The translations under genes were made by a program, and so were the position numbers. The notes beneath the pieces are model-generated. The model was not told where the DNA came from and searched no databases. It worked only from the letters and a program-made list of their open reading frames with translations. A stretch of 64,000 nucleotides of DNA from Hyalangium minutum (GTDB taxonomy: Bacteria; Myxococcota; Myxococcia; Myxococcales; Myxococcaceae): assembly GCF_000737315.1 (NCBI RefSeq), contig NZ_JMCB01000018.1, forward strand, positions 124,001-188,000. The letters run 5' to 3'. How positions within the stretch are numbered: position 1 is the first letter of the stretch; every line of letters begins with the position of its first letter. Below, in pieces: positions 51,400-64,000 of the stretch.

Positions 51400-52413
51400 A
51401 TGGCTACCGAGACCAAGACCGCCCGCTGGAAGATCATCGTCGGCTACAGCGCCTTCTCGCTGTTCGCCCTCGTCCTCTGCCTGTTCCTCACCTTCCCGTA
51501 TGGCGCGCTGCGCGCGCGCATCGCCACCGAGGCGCTGAAGGCCGGCTATGTGGTCCGCATCGACACACTGCGCCCCGGCCTCGTTGGGCTCACCGCCAAG
51601 GGAGTGAAGGTGAGCCAGCCGCCCGCGCCCCTCAGCGCCGAGACCGTTGCCGCCCTCACCAGCGGCGATCCGTCGACCGCGCGCATGCTCGGGCCGGCGG
51701 AGCTGGGCGAGGCGCTGACCATCGACTCCGTGTCCCTGCGCCCCACCCTGTTCCCGCTGGGCGTCGCCTTCGACTCCAACGCCCTGGGCGGCACCATCAC
51801 CGGCAACATCGGTGGCCGCAAGACGCTGGAGGTGCGCGTCAAGCTGGCCAAGCTCGATCCCGGCGCAGGCAACCTCAAGAACTTCACCGGGCTGGATCTG
51901 GAGGGCAGCCTGAATGGCTCGCTGAACCTGAGCCTGCCCGCGCCCGAGGGCACCGGTGGCCGCCCCGGCGAGCCGGATCTGTCCCAGGCCGATGGCGAGC
52001 TGGTGCTCGATGGCCAGAACCTGCTGCTCAAGGGCAGCGTCGAGGGCTCGGGCGTGGCCAGCCAGGGCAGCCCCGTGTCCCTGCTCTTCCCGGGCGGCCT
52101 GCCTCGCATCCCCGTGGGCGAGCTCTCCGCCAACATCCGCTTCGAGAAGGGCCTGGGCACCGTGGACAAGCTCCGGCTCGGCGGCGATCAGCTGGAGATC
52201 CTCGGCACCGGCACCCTCAAGCTCAACAAGCGCCTGCAGTACGCAGAGCCCGCCATGGACATCAAGATCCGCGTCGAGCCGGAGCTCGTGAAGGAGCTGG
52301 GCACCGCCGGCCTGGGCCTGTCCATCCTGCCTCCGGACAAGGAGGACCCGAAGTTCCGCGCGGGGCGCCTCAGCGGCTCGATGGGTAAGCTCTCTTTCCT
52401 CGGCAAGCGTTGA
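51400..52413 (+). CDS. gspN: GspN
   Basis: FLTFPY after an N-terminal TM; beta-rich body; last gene of the cluster. Confidence 0.8.
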   Translation: MATETKTARWKIIVGYSAFSLFALVLCLFLTFPYGALRARIATEALKAGYVVRIDTLRPGLVGLTAKGVKVSQPPAPLSAETVAALTSGDPSTARMLGPAELGEALTIDSVSLRPTLFPLGVAFDSNALGGTITGNIGGRKTLEVRVKLAKLDPGAGNLKNFTGLDLEGSLNGSLNLSLPAPEGTGGRPGEPDLSQADGELVLDGQNLLLKGSVEGSGVASQGSPVSLLFPGGLPRIPVGELSANIRFEKGLGTVDKLRLGGDQLEILGTGTLKLNKRLQYAEPAMDIKIRVEPELVKELGTAGLGLSILPPDKEDPKFRAGRLSGSMGKLSFLGKR

Positions 52414-52425
52414 TACGTTGGGGGC

Positions 52426-52428
<3 letters not shown>
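52411..52428 (+). promoter_or_regulatory. Extended -10 promoter overlapping the gspN stop; leaderless start of the hybrid kinase
   Basis: TG-A-TACGTT (52411-52419; TGA is the gspN stop), 6 nt, ATG 52426; no properly spaced SD. Confidence 0.45.
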
Positions 52429-56211
<3,783 letters not shown>

Positions 56212-56222
56212 ATCTGAACCGT

Positions 56223-58277
56223 TCATCGCTTGCCCTCCCCCATGCGCCGGGTACGGATCAGCGCCAGCACCATGCATAGAAAGGAACCTCCAGCCCAGCC
56301 GCTCGATTGGGCGCCACAGCCACAGCCCGAGGAGCTATCAGGCCCCTCCGCGTCCGGATTCTCCACCGCGACCTTGAACTGGCAGCGCTTGGTGTTCCCC
56401 GCCTGATCCGTGGCCGTCACTGTGACAGGGGTGACGTCGCCGATGGGAAGCGCGCTGCCGTTGGGAGGATCGAAGGCAATGCTCACGGGGGAGAGCGTGT
56501 CGCTCGCCACCACCTCTGGATACTGGACCACGACGCTCCCGGTCCCCGAGGCCTCGATGAAAGTGTACGAAGGGCAGCGAAGGACCGGAGGCGTGGTGTC
56601 CTGAACGGTCACCGGGAAGGTGCAGCTGGCGGTGTTGCCGGCCTCATCCCGGGCGGTGACGGCCACTTCGGTGCGCCCGAGCGGGAAAGTGCTTCCGGAC
56701 GCCTGGCTGTACTCGAGCACGGGCGCCTCCGTGAAGTCATCCGTCGCGATGGCGGCGAAGGACACGGGCATCCCCTGGAGGCTCGTGGCCTCGACGGAGA
56801 TGGCCGCCGGGCAGGTCACCAGGGGCGGAGCCCGGTCGCAGAGATCCAGGGCCCAGAGTTCCTCTCCCGCCTCGGGATCATGCGCGACGAAGAAGAGCTT
56901 TGAACCGGCGCGGGTCAAGTCACGCGGAAAGGAGCCCCCCGGGCCCGGGACGAGATCCATCACCTGGACCGTGCCTTCCACGGTCCCATCGCTCTTCCAC
57001 AGCTCGGTGCCGCTGCTGGCATCAGAGCCCGCGAAGTAGAGGACTTTCCCCACGCTCTTCATGGGGGGCGGGTGGCCTGAGCTGTCGATCCCCTCCCTCT
57101 TGAGCCAGCGGGTTCCCTCCTCCGTGCCATCGGTGCGCCACAGCCCGATCTGGCCCTGGTCGTCATAGGCCAGGAAGAAGAGCTGGTCACCGGCTGCCGT
57201 GAGCCCCTGTGGACTACTCCCCTCTGAGCCCTGCACCTGGCCCATCACCCGCACCGTACCGCTCTCCGACCCATCGCTCACCCATAGCTTCCGGCCAAAG
57301 AACGGCTCGGTCGCGGCGAAGAAGAGCTTGTTGCCTCCGACAACAGTCAGGGAGGTGGGGTTCGAGTCGGCGAGCTCGGGCCAGATGTTGGCGACGATGT
57401 CGGTGCCCAAGAGGGTGCCGTCGCTCCACCACACCTCACGGCCCCACTCATCGTCATCCGCGGAGAAGTAGGCACGCCCGTTCATGACGACCATGCTCTG
57501 AGGGCTCGAGTCGTAGAGCTTGAAGATGTTCTTCACCATCGCCGTGCCCTGAGCGGTGCCATCGCTGATCCACAGCTCCTGGCCCAGCGCTCCGTCATTC
57601 GCTGAGAAGAGGAGCTTGTCGCCCAGGGCGGTGAGCTCGGAGGCCACGGCCCCGAAGGAGCCTGGGCGGATGTCCTTCACCAAGCCGGTGCTCCCGTCCG
57701 TCCGGTGGTGCATCCACAGCTCGCTGCCGTGAGTGCCGTCGTCCGCTGTGAAGAAGAGCCGCTCACCCACCACGGTGAGCTCGGCGGGAGAGGAGTCCGC
57801 TGCACCCGGGGCCACGTCCGCGACCCGCTTTGTCCTCTCTGGGGTGCCGTCGCTCCACCAGAGTTCCCGACCGGAGACACCCTCCGATGCGGAGAAGAAG
57901 AGGCCATCCTGAGCCGGCGTCAGTTCCGTTGGCGAGGAGGGGGACGCCCCTGGGGAGATGTCCTTCACGCGCTGCGTGCCCGCAGCGGTGCCATCACTTC
58001 GCCAGAGTTCCTCGCCCAACGCCCCGTCGGTCGCGCCGAAGAAGAGCCACCCTCTGGCTGCGGCCAGCTGCGGAACCCTGTCGTCCACTCTGGATGGGAA
58101 GGCGCTGGCGGGGCCTGGATGGATGTCCCGCACGCGCGCGGGCGGCGTGCACTGGCTGTCGAGCGTGAAGCGCGAGTGGAGGCTGAGCGAAGCCTCGCCG
58201 GGTTCCGAGAGGGGTCCACAGCCCGTCAGCCACCAGAAGCACCCGAGGAGAACAGCGACGACGCGCCAAACGATCAT
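56223..58277 (-). CDS. ELWxxDGT-repeat beta-propeller surface protein with HYR domains and a MYXO-CTERM-like tail
   Basis: Lipobox LTGC; about 8 (E)LWxSDGT repeats; two HYR-like units (DRAPP..TCP, DTTPP.L.CP); C-terminal SSGCGC, hydrophobic stretch and RTRR. Confidence 0.85.
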   Translation of the reverse strand: MIVWRVVAVLLGCFWWLTGCGPLSEPGEASLSLHSRFTLDSQCTPPARVRDIHPGPASAFPSRVDDRVPQLAAARGWLFFGATDGALGEELWRSDGTAAGTQRVKDISPGASPSSPTELTPAQDGLFFSASEGVSGRELWWSDGTPERTKRVADVAPGAADSSPAELTVVGERLFFTADDGTHGSELWMHHRTDGSTGLVKDIRPGSFGAVASELTALGDKLLFSANDGALGQELWISDGTAQGTAMVKNIFKLYDSSPQSMVVMNGRAYFSADDDEWGREVWWSDGTLLGTDIVANIWPELADSNPTSLTVVGGNKLFFAATEPFFGRKLWVSDGSESGTVRVMGQVQGSEGSSPQGLTAAGDQLFFLAYDDQGQIGLWRTDGTEEGTRWLKREGIDSSGHPPPMKSVGKVLYFAGSDASSGTELWKSDGTVEGTVQVMDLVPGPGGSFPRDLTRAGSKLFFVAHDPEAGEELWALDLCDRAPPLVTCPAAISVEATSLQGMPVSFAAIATDDFTEAPVLEYSQASGSTFPLGRTEVAVTARDEAGNTASCTFPVTVQDTTPPVLRCPSYTFIEASGTGSVVVQYPEVVASDTLSPVSIAFDPPNGSALPIGDVTPVTVTATDQAGNTKRCQFKVAVENPDAEGPDSSSGCGCGAQSSGWAGGSFLCMVLALIRTRRMGEGKR

Positions 58278-58560
58278 GAAGTCCCCCAAGGCCCGTGTTG
58301 CCAACCATCGTATCCGCAGTTGTCGGCCGCGGACGCCCCGTCCACGCCGGTGGACAGTCTCAGGCCTCCACCGCCCGTAAGTGCCTGTTTTCTGGATGGC
58401 TGGAGCTTGGCCCACCGCGTGCTGTACCAGCGCATAGACCGCAGTCCATCCCATCCAACCTCGTGAGGCACACGAAAATATGCCTACCCATCAAGTCTCT
58501 TTTGTTGCCAACGCACCGACCCCACGTGTAAAGCCGCCCCCGTCCTCAGGAAAGGTGGCC

Positions 58561-60207
58561 ATGCCAGAGTTGGTGTTCTTTCGCCGGGGCGAGGAAGTGC
58601 TCAGGTTCGCGATCGACCGGCAGCGCGTCGTGCTCGGCCGCGGCGAGCGCAGTGACGTCGTCATCCCGGATCCCGACGTCAGCCGCCAGCACGTGGCGCT
58701 CATCTACAATGGGAAGACCTGCCAATTCGAGGATCTGTCCGGCAACGGCACCTTGGTCGCTGGCAAGTCCATGAAGCAGGGCGAGCTGCAGGATGGCGCC
58801 GACATCGCCCTGGGCAGGTGGCGCGCGATGTACCGCGAGCGCGGCACCGGAGAGACTGCAGGCCCCACCGGCGTGGGCCTGAGCACCGACATCTCGCCCG
58901 TGAACACCGAGGCTCGAGACAGCCAGCCGGCCCAGCTGCGCGTCAAACAGGGGGACACCGAGTTTCTCCACGACCTCACCGACAACACCTCCTTCACCCT
59001 CGGCAAGGATCCGTCCAACACCATCGTCGTCCAGGATCGCTTCATCTCCAGCCGACACCTCAAGCTGACGCGCAACCAGGGCTTCTTCCATGTGGTGGAC
59101 CTGAACTCCACCAACGGCTCCTTCCTGGGCAACGTCCGCATCTTCGACGTGGAGGTGCCCCTGAACACCGTGCTCCGGGTAGGCGAAACGGAGCTCATCC
59201 TCGAGCCGGCGTCCAAGAACAAGCAGGGCGCTTCCTCCCACGGCATCATCGGCAACGATCCGGCCGTGCGCAGCCTCGTGGAGCTCATCGAGCGGGTCGC
59301 ACCCTCCACCATCTCGGTCACCATCCTGGGCGAGTCCGGTACCGGCAAGGAGCTGGTCGCCAAGGCCCTGCACACCTGCTCCGAGCGCGCTGACAAGGCC
59401 TTCATCCCCGTCAACTGCGCCGCCATCTCCAAGGAGCTCATCGAGAGCGAGCTGTTCGGCCACGAGAAGGGCGCCTTCACCGGTGCCCAGGGCACACGCC
59501 GGGGTGCCTTTGAGGAGGCTCACGGCGGCACCCTCTTCCTGGACGAGATCGGCGAGCTGCCGATGAACCTGCAGGCCAAGCTGCTGCGCGCCCTGGAGAG
59601 CGGAGAGATCAAGCGCGTGGGCGCCAGCCGCCCCACCCATGTGGACGTGCGCGTGGTGGCGGCCACCAACCGAGACCTGCTGTCCCTCGCACGCGAGGGC
59701 CGGTTCCGCGAGGACCTCTACTACCGGCTTTGCGTCATGCCCGTGCTGCTGCCGCCCCTGCGCAACCGCGCGGGAGACCTGGCGGCACTGGCGGACCACT
59801 TCGTGCGCATGTACTCGCCCCGAGGGCAAACGGTGAAGCTCACCCCTGGCGGCCTCGAGAAGCTCCAGAAGCACCCCTGGCCCGGCAACATCCGCGAGCT
59901 GCGCAACGTCGTCCACCGCGCCCTGCTCCTGCGCAAGGGGCCACAGATCGACATTGGCGACATCTCCTTCGACCAGGAGCTCAGCCGCATCACCGCGGGC
60001 GCCGCTGGGCTCGTCCTCACCATGCCCGAGGGCCTCACCCTGGAGCAGATGCTGCAACTGGCCGAGCGCCAGATCATCGAGCTCACCCTGCGCCGCTACG
60101 GCCACAACCGCGAGCGCGTGGCCAAAGAGCTGGGCCTGGCACGCTCCACCCTCTTCAAGCGTCTCAAAGAGTGGGGCATCGGCAAGGCCGAGGAGGATCT
60201 GGAGTAA
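58561..60207 (+). CDS. Sigma54 enhancer-binding protein with two FHA domains
   Basis: FHA1 (LGRG..SD, VSRQH, DLSGNGT) and FHA2 (LGKD, ISSRH, DLNSTNGS); GESGTGKE, GAFTGA, LFLDEI, WPGNIREL; Fis HTH; SD AGGAAAGG. Confidence 0.92.
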   Translation: MPELVFFRRGEEVLRFAIDRQRVVLGRGERSDVVIPDPDVSRQHVALIYNGKTCQFEDLSGNGTLVAGKSMKQGELQDGADIALGRWRAMYRERGTGETAGPTGVGLSTDISPVNTEARDSQPAQLRVKQGDTEFLHDLTDNTSFTLGKDPSNTIVVQDRFISSRHLKLTRNQGFFHVVDLNSTNGSFLGNVRIFDVEVPLNTVLRVGETELILEPASKNKQGASSHGIIGNDPAVRSLVELIERVAPSTISVTILGESGTGKELVAKALHTCSERADKAFIPVNCAAISKELIESELFGHEKGAFTGAQGTRRGAFEEAHGGTLFLDEIGELPMNLQAKLLRALESGEIKRVGASRPTHVDVRVVAATNRDLLSLAREGRFREDLYYRLCVMPVLLPPLRNRAGDLAALADHFVRMYSPRGQTVKLTPGGLEKLQKHPWPGNIRELRNVVHRALLLRKGPQIDIGDISFDQELSRITAGAAGLVLTMPEGLTLEQMLQLAERQIIELTLRRYGHNRERVAKELGLARSTLFKRLKEWGIGKAEEDLE

Positions 60208-60310
60208 GCCCTTCACCGACATTGCGCGCCGCGGCAAGGGACAGATCTTTCCGCAGCCTCGCCCGTTACATGCCCTAAGCCCCTTATGCGGGGGCCACAG
60301 GAGGCATGTC

Positions 60311-60820
60311 ATGAGTGCCAGTGTCGCCGTGCTCCCCCCCATCTCGCAGCTCTACCGCCAACATCGCACACGGGCCCTGGCCATTGCGCGGCGGATAGTG
60401 GGAGACGTGGATGACGCGGAGGATGTGGTTCAGGACGTGTTCACGCGGCTGGCTCGCAAGCCCGAGGGCTTCACCGGGCGGGCGGCGTGGACCACCTGGC
60501 TGCACCGCGTCATGGTCAACAGCAGCATCAACTGGCTGCGGGCGCGCAAGCGCCGCGAGAAGCTGAGCTACGAGCTCCAGGAGCCCACTTCTCCGGAGGC
60601 CCAGGCGGTGGGCGAGGAGATGCAGCGGCACTTCGGGGATGCGCTGAAGCAGGTGAGTGACTTGCAGCGCCAGGTGCTGTGGCTGCGCGAGGTGCGCGGC
60701 TTCAGCTATCCGGAGATCGCCCACGTGCTGCACATCCCCGAGGGCACGGTGAAGAGCTCGCTGCACCGCGGGCGCGTGCGGGCGCTCGAGGTGCTCGAGG
60801 AGCGTGGGCAGCGCCCGTGA
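60311..60820 (+). CDS. ECF RNA polymerase sigma factor
   Basis: DAEDVVQDVF, WLHRVMVN and GFSYPEIA..L.IPEGTVKS.LHRGR (regions 2 and 4); SD AGGAGG. Confidence 0.92.
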   Translation: MSASVAVLPPISQLYRQHRTRALAIARRIVGDVDDAEDVVQDVFTRLARKPEGFTGRAAWTTWLHRVMVNSSINWLRARKRREKLSYELQEPTSPEAQAVGEEMQRHFGDALKQVSDLQRQVLWLREVRGFSYPEIAHVLHIPEGTVKSSLHRGRVRALEVLEERGQRP

Positions 60821-60853
60821 GCTGAGGGCGCTGCCGCCGGCCCCGCCTCTGGC

Positions 60854-62863
60854 CTACGGAGGCGGGATCGTCACAGGGACGCTGGAGGTGTTGTTGTCCA
60901 GCGTCGCCTCCTGGAAGGCGCGCGCCGGGTTGAGCGTCACCTGGAGGCGGTAGTCGCCCGGGGCCAGGTCCGTGATGTCCAGCCACTGGCAGTCCAGCGT
61001 GTTGCCGTAGAGATCGGACCAGCCGCGCTGGATGCCCTGGTTGGAGCAGTCGAACTCCTTGGAGCAAGACACGCTGGGCCCCGCCACCACGCGCTGCGTG
61101 TCCTCCATGCAGTAGGCCTGCTTGCGGCCGGTGAGCACCACGTGGCCCTGCAGATCCAGCAGGGCGTACGAGGCAAAGCCGCTGAAGTGGTAGTGGCCAT
61201 GGCAGGGCGAGAAGGTGAACAGGTCCGGCCGATCCGCAGGCGGCGGCACCGTGGCGGTGGCGAAGCCCTGGTTCACCGCCTCCACGCTGAAGCGCAGCAC
61301 ACGGCGCTCGCCAATGCCCGTCACGCACTCCTCCACCTTCGCGCACGAGTTCTCCGTGACGTAGACCGAGTCAAAGAGGATCTCGTTCTTGAGCCGCTGC
61401 TCGTCGACGATCAGATCCGGCAGCGACTCGGTGACAGGGTGGCAGACACAGTCCGAGCCGCAGAACTCCGTGGCCCCGCAGCCCGGCGAGCACTGGGGCC
61501 GCAGGTGGTTGCAGTCCTGGAAGGTCTGGCACAGTCCCGAGGACGGCACGCAGAGCTTTGCCTCCGGGCAGAAGCCGCACTGGCCGCCGCAGCCGTCGTC
61601 GCCGCACTCCTTTCCATCACACTGCGGCGTGCACGGGCTCTGCAGGCAGCGCCCGCTGATGCAGACCTGGCCCGCGTCACACGCTCCACAGTTGCCGCCA
61701 CAGCCGTCGCTGCCGCCGCAGTACACGCCGTCGCACTTGGGGACGCAGCCGTCCGGGGTGAAGCGCGTCTTCAGCGTGAACGCACCGGACTGCGCGGCAT
61801 CGAAGCCGTCGACGATGAGGTAGTAGGTGCCCGGATCCAGCGCCACGGTGATGCGCGAGCCGTAGTCCCCCGGGGGCGACGAGTCATCGCTGCACGCCAC
61901 CGTCTTGTTGGGCGTGTTGTCGAGGCAGTCCGCCGCGCCGTCCGCCGTGCGCTTCTTGCGCAAGTGGAGCACCGTGTCGTAGCCGGAGACGCGCGCCTCC
62001 AAGCCCATCCGCTGGGTGAGGGTGAAGGTGTAGACGGACTCCACTGCGGTGCTGGTGCTGTTGCACGAGGGCACCGCCTGATGGATGCCCGCGGAAGTAT
62101 CGCCCTGGAGGGTGTGGTCCCCAGCCAGCGGCGTCCCGTCCGCCACCAGGGGCAGCGGCGAGCGGCAGGTGCCCGGCTGCGCGTCGGACTTGCACTGGAA
62201 GATCGCCTGCGCGCACCCCTGGCCCGCGCCACAGGTGCCGCATTCGCCGCCACACCCGTCATCTCCGCACTGCTTGCCCGCGCAGTCAGGGGTGCAGGAA
62301 GGACCGGCCCGGCACGTCGCGCACGTCCCAGAGGGCGTGTGCACGCAGATGCGCCCCACCTCGTCGCAGTCGTCTATCGTGCACTCTGTGCCATCGTCGC
62401 AGGCCGAGCGCGAGCTGACGCACTGGCCGTTGGAGAAGCGCTCCTCGCCGTTGCAGAAAATGCCATCCGAGCACGTCACCTCCACCGAGGTCCGGACGGT
62501 GTTCGCGAAGGCCTTGTCCTTGTGGTGGGGGGTCCACGTGAGCTCGTGGAGGCCCGGCAAGGCGGGCGTGGCGACGGTGCCCGTGAACGTGGCCGCCTCT
62601 CCAGGCTTCACGTTCTTCTCGAGTTGGAGCGTACCGCCGCTCCAGCCCTCCTGCTCCTGAGGAGAGAGGACGAGCGTCACGTCTCCCTTCTTCCAGGTCG
62701 CGGTGCCCGAGTTCTTCACGGCCACCGAGAGCGCCCCGTTGCCCGCAGGCAGCACATGCTGCGGGGCAGCGGGCTCCAGCTCGGTGAACTCGTAGGTGTC
62801 ATCGTCGCAGCCGCTCAGCAGAACGGCGACGGTTCCCAGCACGCACAGCAGGATCTTGCGCAA
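60854..62863 (-). CDS. Lysyl oxidase family lipoprotein with Ig-like, Cys-rich and PPC-like domains
   Basis: TTG start after GAGGGGG; lipobox LSGC; C-terminal LOX domain with CHGHYH, GRKQAYCMEDT and GWSDLYGNTLDCQWLDITD. Confidence 0.9.
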   Translation of the reverse strand: MRKILLCVLGTVAVLLSGCDDDTYEFTELEPAAPQHVLPAGNGALSVAVKNSGTATWKKGDVTLVLSPQEQEGWSGGTLQLEKNVKPGEAATFTGTVATPALPGLHELTWTPHHKDKAFANTVRTSVEVTCSDGIFCNGEERFSNGQCVSSRSACDDGTECTIDDCDEVGRICVHTPSGTCATCRAGPSCTPDCAGKQCGDDGCGGECGTCGAGQGCAQAIFQCKSDAQPGTCRSPLPLVADGTPLAGDHTLQGDTSAGIHQAVPSCNSTSTAVESVYTFTLTQRMGLEARVSGYDTVLHLRKKRTADGAADCLDNTPNKTVACSDDSSPPGDYGSRITVALDPGTYYLIVDGFDAAQSGAFTLKTRFTPDGCVPKCDGVYCGGSDGCGGNCGACDAGQVCISGRCLQSPCTPQCDGKECGDDGCGGQCGFCPEAKLCVPSSGLCQTFQDCNHLRPQCSPGCGATEFCGSDCVCHPVTESLPDLIVDEQRLKNEILFDSVYVTENSCAKVEECVTGIGERRVLRFSVEAVNQGFATATVPPPADRPDLFTFSPCHGHYHFSGFASYALLDLQGHVVLTGRKQAYCMEDTQRVVAGPSVSCSKEFDCSNQGIQRGWSDLYGNTLDCQWLDITDLAPGDYRLQVTLNPARAFQEATLDNNTSSVPVTIPPP
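61560..62300 (-). repeat. Three Cys-rich repeats CxPxCxG(K/V)xCG(x)xDGCGGxCGxC
   Basis: CTPDCAGKQCGDDGCGGECGTC, CVPKCDGVYCGGSDGCGGNCGAC and CTPQCDGKECGDDGCGGQCGFC; boundaries approximate. Confidence 0.8.
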
Positions 62864-62958
62864 GGTGTCCCCCTCAGTGGTTTTCGACAGGTTCGCCTGG
62901 AGTCCGGGCCTTTGTCACGCTCCCTGGCCGTTCCCCCCTCCGAGCGCCGGGCAGGGAC

Positions 62959-62976
62959 TGCTACGCTGCGAACATG
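62959..62976 (+). promoter_or_regulatory. Extended -10 promoter; leaderless start of moxR
   Basis: TG-C-TACGCT (62959-62967), 6 nt, ATG 62974; no SD. Confidence 0.5.
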
Positions 62977-63957
62977 CGTACGGCATCCGCCCCGATCTCC
63001 CCTCCTCCGAGCGCCGAGCAGGCCGAGAAGGCTCGCACCCTCATCACCCGGTTGCTGGGGAGCCTGGAGAAGGCCATCCGGGGCAAGCGCGAGGCGCTGG
63101 AGTTGGTGCTGTGCTGCGTCGCGGCAGGCGGACACGTGCTGCTGGAGGACGTGCCGGGCACGGGGAAGACGACGCTGGCGAAGGCGCTGGCCGTGAGCAT
63201 GGGCGGGCAGTTCAAGCGGGTTCAGTTCACGCCGGATCTGCTGCCCACGGACATCGTCGGCACCTCGCTGTTCAACCCCCAGGACGGCACGTTCCGGTTC
63301 AAGCCGGGCCCCATCTTCGCCAACGTGCTCATCGCCGATGAGATCAACCGCGCCTCGCCGCGCACCCAGTCGGCGCTGCTGGAGGGGCTCTCCGAGCAGC
63401 AGGTGACGGTGGATGGCGAGACGCGCACCCTGCCCTCGCCGTTCCTGTGCATCGCCACGCAAAACCCGGTGGAGTTCCACGGCACCTATCCACTGCCGGA
63501 GGCCTCGCTGGATCGCTTCGCCGCGCAGCTCTCGCTCGGCTACCCGCCCGAGGCCGAGGAGCGAGCCCTGCTCACCGAGCAACGCGGACCGAAGCCCGCC
63601 ACACCGCTGGAGCCGGTCTGCACCTTGGAGGAGGTGGTGGCGCTGCAGCGAGCCGTGGAGGAAGTGCGAATGGAGGCCTCGGTCGCGGATTACCTGCTGC
63701 GCGTGGTGCACGCCACGCGAGGCCATGCCAGCGTGCGGCTGGGAGTCTCTACACGCGGAGCGCTCCTGTACGCCCGGATGGCCCGGGCCCGGGCGCTCGC
63801 GAGTGGCCGGGACTTCGTGCTGCCGGAGGATCTCAAGGCGATGGCGGTGCCGGTGCTCACCCACCGGCTGGTGTTGGATACCCGAGCCCGCTACGCCGGC
63901 ACGGACAAGCAGGGCCTCACGCGCGAGCTCGTCTCCTCCGTCCCGCTGCCCCGCTAG
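62974..63957 (+). CDS. MoxR family AAA+ ATPase
   Basis: GHVLLEDVPGTGKT, RVQFTPDLLPTDIVG, ADEINRASPRTQSALLE and ATQNPVE..GTYPLPEA.LDRF motifs. Confidence 0.95.
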   Translation: MRTASAPISPPPSAEQAEKARTLITRLLGSLEKAIRGKREALELVLCCVAAGGHVLLEDVPGTGKTTLAKALAVSMGGQFKRVQFTPDLLPTDIVGTSLFNPQDGTFRFKPGPIFANVLIADEINRASPRTQSALLEGLSEQQVTVDGETRTLPSPFLCIATQNPVEFHGTYPLPEASLDRFAAQLSLGYPPEAEERALLTEQRGPKPATPLEPVCTLEEVVALQRAVEEVRMEASVADYLLRVVHATRGHASVRLGVSTRGALLYARMARARALASGRDFVLPEDLKAMAVPVLTHRLVLDTRARYAGTDKQGLTRELVSSVPLPR

Positions 63958-63965
63958 GCTCCGCC

Positions 63966-64000
63966 ATGGCTCGCCGCCGCCGCTGGTCCTTCATGATGCC
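63966..64000 (+). CDS. Start of the next CDS (MARRRRWSFMM...), possibly DUF58; truncated
   Basis: ATG 8 nt after the moxR stop. DUF58 is inferred only from the usual MoxR operon order. Confidence 0.4.
   Translation, partial: MARRRRWSFMM

Noticed and set aside
48729-51437. 902-aa minus-strand ORF, and similar long ORFs (7312-8985, 22875-24488, 41142-42899, 53257-55236, 61142-63196)
   Set aside because: Antisense shadows of well-supported genes, expected in high-GC DNA; they show no recognisable motifs.
60208-60310. Sigma54 promoter for the ECF gene
   Set aside because: No GG-N10-GC with acceptable flanks found; also none in 58278-58560 or 62864-62973.

Overview
A GC-rich myxobacterial chromosome segment, most likely Cystobacterineae (inferred from a TIGR02266-type PilZ gene, a SitA-like toxin, a MYXO-CTERM-like tag and FHA-sigma54 activators). 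About 50 CDS; I saw no rRNA, tRNA, CRISPR array or transposase. The core-like left arm (1-20134) holds DUF192, PilZ, a membrane gluzincin-TPR protein, thrB, TPR, FHA and cNMP-binding genes, tldD/pmbA and an orphan ParB-like gene. It is interrupted by a lipoprotein toxin/immunity cassette (3785-5724) and a choice-of-anchor A lipoprotein. A probable accessory block (20217-36064) holds patatin, a beta-propeller lipoprotein, katE, MarR-TolC-MFP-RND, a C69 dipeptidase, DUF1697 and a FIST-histidine kinase pair. Next come an NtrC-type activator and a complete type II secretion operon, gspC-N (37834-52413). A near-consensus sigma54 promoter and two candidate enhancer boxes lie upstream of gspC; an ORF-track-missed 50-aa membrane ORF and a second GspG-like gene without the prepilin cleavage motif lie inside the operon. 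The right end has a two-kinase hybrid sensor, an ELWxxDGT/HYR surface protein, a double-FHA sigma54 activator, an ECF sigma with no adjacent anti-sigma, a lysyl-oxidase lipoprotein with all catalytic residues, and a MoxR operon cut by the window edge. Several genes lack a Shine-Dalgarno and have a -10 box 6-7 nt before ATG, which suggests leaderless transcripts. All family assignments come from motif recognition by eye; no searches were run.
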